From: an uncultured Bacilli bacterium
GTDB taxonomy: Bacteria; Bacillota_I; Bacilli_A; RF39; UBA660
Reading direction: 5' to 3'
DNA length: 64,000 nt
Assembly (NCBI GenBank): GCA_934162425.1
Contig: CAKPIS010000007.1
Span: 1,128 to 65,127, forward strand
Each line of letters begins with the position of its first letter. Within the stretch, counting starts at the first letter, position 1. The translations under genes were made by a program, and so were the position numbers. Positions 59,373-64,000 of the stretch are shown here, piece after piece. The notes under the pieces were generated by a model. It was not told where the DNA came from and searched no databases. It saw only the letters and a list, made by a program, of their open reading frames with translations.

Positions 59373-59821
59373 AGTACATCCTCGCATAAATCTTCATATT
59401 TACTACCATAAGGAGTAATTGTAAGCAATCTTTTTTCTTCTCCAACAATCTTAAATTTAATTTCTAATCTTTCTTCAGGAAGTTCAGATTTAATCATATC
59501 AGCCCATTCAATTATAATGACACCATCTTTTTTTAGATATTCATCTAATCCAAGATCAGTAGTATCTCCTTCTAATCTATATACATCCATGTGATACAAA
59601 TTCATTTCACCAGATGTATATTCTTTTATTATATTAAATGTAGGAGATGTAATATTTTCCTCAATTCCTAGAGCACTTGCAAAACCTTTAGTAAAAACAG
59701 TTTTACCACTACCTAATTCTCCTATTAAGCATATAACCATATTATTGAATTTTTCGGATTCAAAATTTTGTGCTAAAACAATAGTATCTTCTTCCGAATT
59801 TGTTGTAATTTTATATTCCAT
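59369..59821 (-). CDS. tsaE: tRNA threonylcarbamoyladenosine biosynthesis ATPase TsaE
   Basis: GELGSGKTVFTKG Walker A, SPTFNI, HMDVYRL motifs. Confidence 0.85.
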   Translation of the reverse strand: MEYKITTNSEEDTIVLAQNFESEKFNNMVICLIGELGSGKTVFTKGFASALGIEENITSPTFNIIKEYTSGEMNLYHMDVYRLEGDTTDLGLDEYLKKDGVIIIEWADMIKSELPEERLEIKFKIVGEEKRLLTITPYGSKYEDLCEDVL

Positions 59822-59927
59822 ATTCATATCACCATATTTATTATAGCAAAAAAAAAAGACATATTACAATATAAAATAACTTTTTTTCAAAATGTTACAA
59901 AAAACGTAAAATTTATATATATAATAT

Positions 59928-60098
59928 TTACATGTTTGAAATTTCGCTGTTTAAGAGTTCTTCTAATTTCAAATATGATTCATAAAGTTTATCATCAAGC
60001 TCTTTAGAGTCAATTTTACTCTTAATTCCTAAAATAACATTCTCATTAATAATATTAATTACATATTTACAATAATATTTACTCAAATTAAATAACAT
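59928..60098 (-). CDS. possible Spo0E-like small protein
   Basis: Own reading, 56 aa, AAGGAG-N7-ATG; ...IDSKELDDKLYESY... loosely resembles the Spo0E SQELDxLI motif. Confidence 0.3.
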   Translation of the reverse strand: MLFNLSKYYCKYVINIINENVILGIKSKIDSKELDDKLYESYLKLEELLNSEISNM

Positions 60099-60216
60099 AA
60101 GAAACTCCTTTTACACATAAAATTATAAAATAAACCAATACTAAAAATAATATCAGAAATTTCTCATATATCATGTATGAGATTAATATATTAAAATTTA
60201 TATAAGGGGTGATATT

Positions 60217-60384
60217 ATGGCTTTTATACCAAAAAAAACGAAAGAAAAGGAGCCAGCTAGCTATAAATCACTATACATTAAAGATAAATTAATAAAAGAA
60301 ATTGAAAAAATAGCTAAAGATAATAATACTTCATTTAATAACGTAATAATTTCTATGATTGAGCAGTGTTTAGAAAAAAAATAA
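60217..60384 (+). CDS. possible ribbon-helix-helix small protein
   Basis: Own reading, 55 aa, AAGGGGTGA-N5-ATG; ...KSLYIKDKLIKEIEKIAKDNNTSFNNVIISMIEQCL is an RHH-like pattern. Confidence 0.4.
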   Translation: MAFIPKKTKEKEPASYKSLYIKDKLIKEIEKIAKDNNTSFNNVIISMIEQCLEKK

Positions 60385-60395
60385 ACACTGTTTTT
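60364..60395 (+). terminator. rho-independent terminator
   Basis: CAGTGTTT-N11-AAACACTG followed by T5. Confidence 0.45.
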
Positions 60396-60453
60396 AAATA
60401 ATTAAATGATTATTTGTTTATTTTTATATAATTTTAGTGGTGTATAGTATATT

Positions 60454-60484
60454 AAAAAAACAACATATATTATAGTATGTTGTT
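60454..60484 (-). terminator. terminator of the rRNA operon
   Basis: AACAACATA-N8-TATGTTGTT with U7 on the minus strand, ~20 nt after the 5S 3' end. Confidence 0.55.
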
Positions 60485-60503
60485 TTAAATAGCATAAAAA
60501 AAA

Positions 60504-60605
60504 TTGGCAACTACCTATTTTCGCTTACACTATCGTCGGCGTTAAAGTGCTTAACTTCTGTGTTCGGGATGGGAACAGGTGTATCCACTTTGCTATCGTC
60601 ACCAA
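60504..60605 (-). rRNA. rrf: 5S rRNA (apparently short, ~102-108 nt; ends approximate)
   Basis: Reverse complement reads TTGGTGACGATAGCAAAGTGGATACACCTGTTCCCATCCCGAACACAGAAGTTAAGCACTTTAACGCCGACGATAGT...GTTGCCAA. Confidence 0.8.
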
Positions 60606-60660
60606 TTAAATTAGAGAAATAATTCTCTGAAAACATGATAATATGGTCAACAAATTAATA

Positions 60661-63574
<2,914 letters not shown>

Positions 63575-63762
63575 ACCATTGTTATATCTAATTTGATGAG
63601 ATCATTTGAGAGATCTTAATGTCATATTTCCGTTGGAGAAAATATGACTACCATATTATCAAGTTTTCAAAGAACTATTTTTCTTGAGAGAAATAATCTC
63701 TCAAAACTAAGCAAAACGTTTAAATTTGAATAGCTAATCGTAATTATTAAATCTTTCTCCAT

Positions 63763-64000
63763 AGAAAGGAGGTGATCCATCCCCACCTTCCGGTAGTGAT
63801 ACCTTGTTACGACTTCACCTCAATCGCCTGTCCTACCTTAATCGGCCCCCTCCTAAAAGGTTAGGCTACCGTTATCAGGTATTACAAACTCTCGTGGCGT
63901 GACGGGCGGTGTGTACAACACCCGGGAACGTATTCACCCCGACATTCTGATTCGGGATTACTAGCGATTCTAGCTTCATGAAGTCGAGTTGCAGACTTCA
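63763..64000 (-). rRNA. rrs: 16S rRNA, 3' part (continues beyond the window)
   Basis: AGAAAGGAGGTGATCC...CCTTGTTACGACTTCACC...TGACGGGCGGTGTGTACAA on the plus strand is the reverse complement of the 16S 3' end. Confidence 0.95.

Noticed and set aside
17594-59418. Further short antisense or nested track ORFs (for example 17594-17794, 23517-23702, 25408-25662, 26314-26508, 30626-31166, 35163-35657, 39916-40413, 40511-40717, 40904-41554, 44011-44202, 46349-46612, 47439-48141, 51066-51323, 53847-54140, 54884-55482, 58969-59418)
   Set aside because: Same reasoning: all are nested in or antisense to better-supported genes and have compositionally biased translations.
63575-63762. Possible tRNA genes in the 16S-23S spacer, and downstream of 5S
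   Set aside because: No cloverleaf-compatible sequence was seen by eye (no GTTCRANNC T-loop with a matching acceptor stem). The spacer is only ~190 nt and AT-rich. This needs a tRNAscan-type check to be certain.

Overview
Chromosomal segment of a very AT-rich, endospore-forming Firmicute; taxonomy cannot be assigned more finely by eye. Almost every gene lies on the minus strand, co-oriented with an rRNA operon at the right edge (5S, 23S, partial 16S). Sporulation markers are an alpha/beta-type SASP, SpoVIF-like, YunB-like, SleB-domain and Spo0E-like genes.

Housekeeping genes include murE, der, engB, nrnA, ackA, ferredoxin, rluB, pcrA, xfp (phosphoketolase) and tsaE-tsaB-rimI-tsaD. There is also a cell-wall block made of a GH25/LysM lysin, an 836-aa SleB-domain protein and a polysaccharide deacetylase.

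The main finding is in the only sizeable plus-strand operon, a NitT/TauT-type ABC transporter (binding protein, ATPase, permease).
- The ATPase gene is split by a 7.86-kb insertion and the permease gene by a 5.03-kb insertion.
- Each insertion encodes its own large serine recombinase, and both junctions can be read directly.
- The first has an 11-bp direct repeat plus 21-bp inverted arms; the second has a 6-bp shared core.
- Clean in-frame genes are restored on conceptual excision.
- The second recombinase has its catalytic-serine segment upstream of any canonical start codon.

Other points worth a second look:
- a four-gene cluster of surface-type proteins (interrupted collagen-like/BclA-like, beta-helix/WxL-like, two Ig-like) that all lack signal peptides
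- an orphan prepilin gene coupled to tsaD and followed by an R-S-E ADP-ribosyltransferase
- a hybrid histidine kinase whose phospho-acceptor His is Gln
- a 59-bp perfect direct repeat bracketing a one-gene cassette
- a DnaA-box-like cluster upstream of xfp
- an apparently truncated 5S rRNA

All calls rest on reading the sequence and on motif memory. No searches or computations were run, and start codons and RNA ends are approximate.
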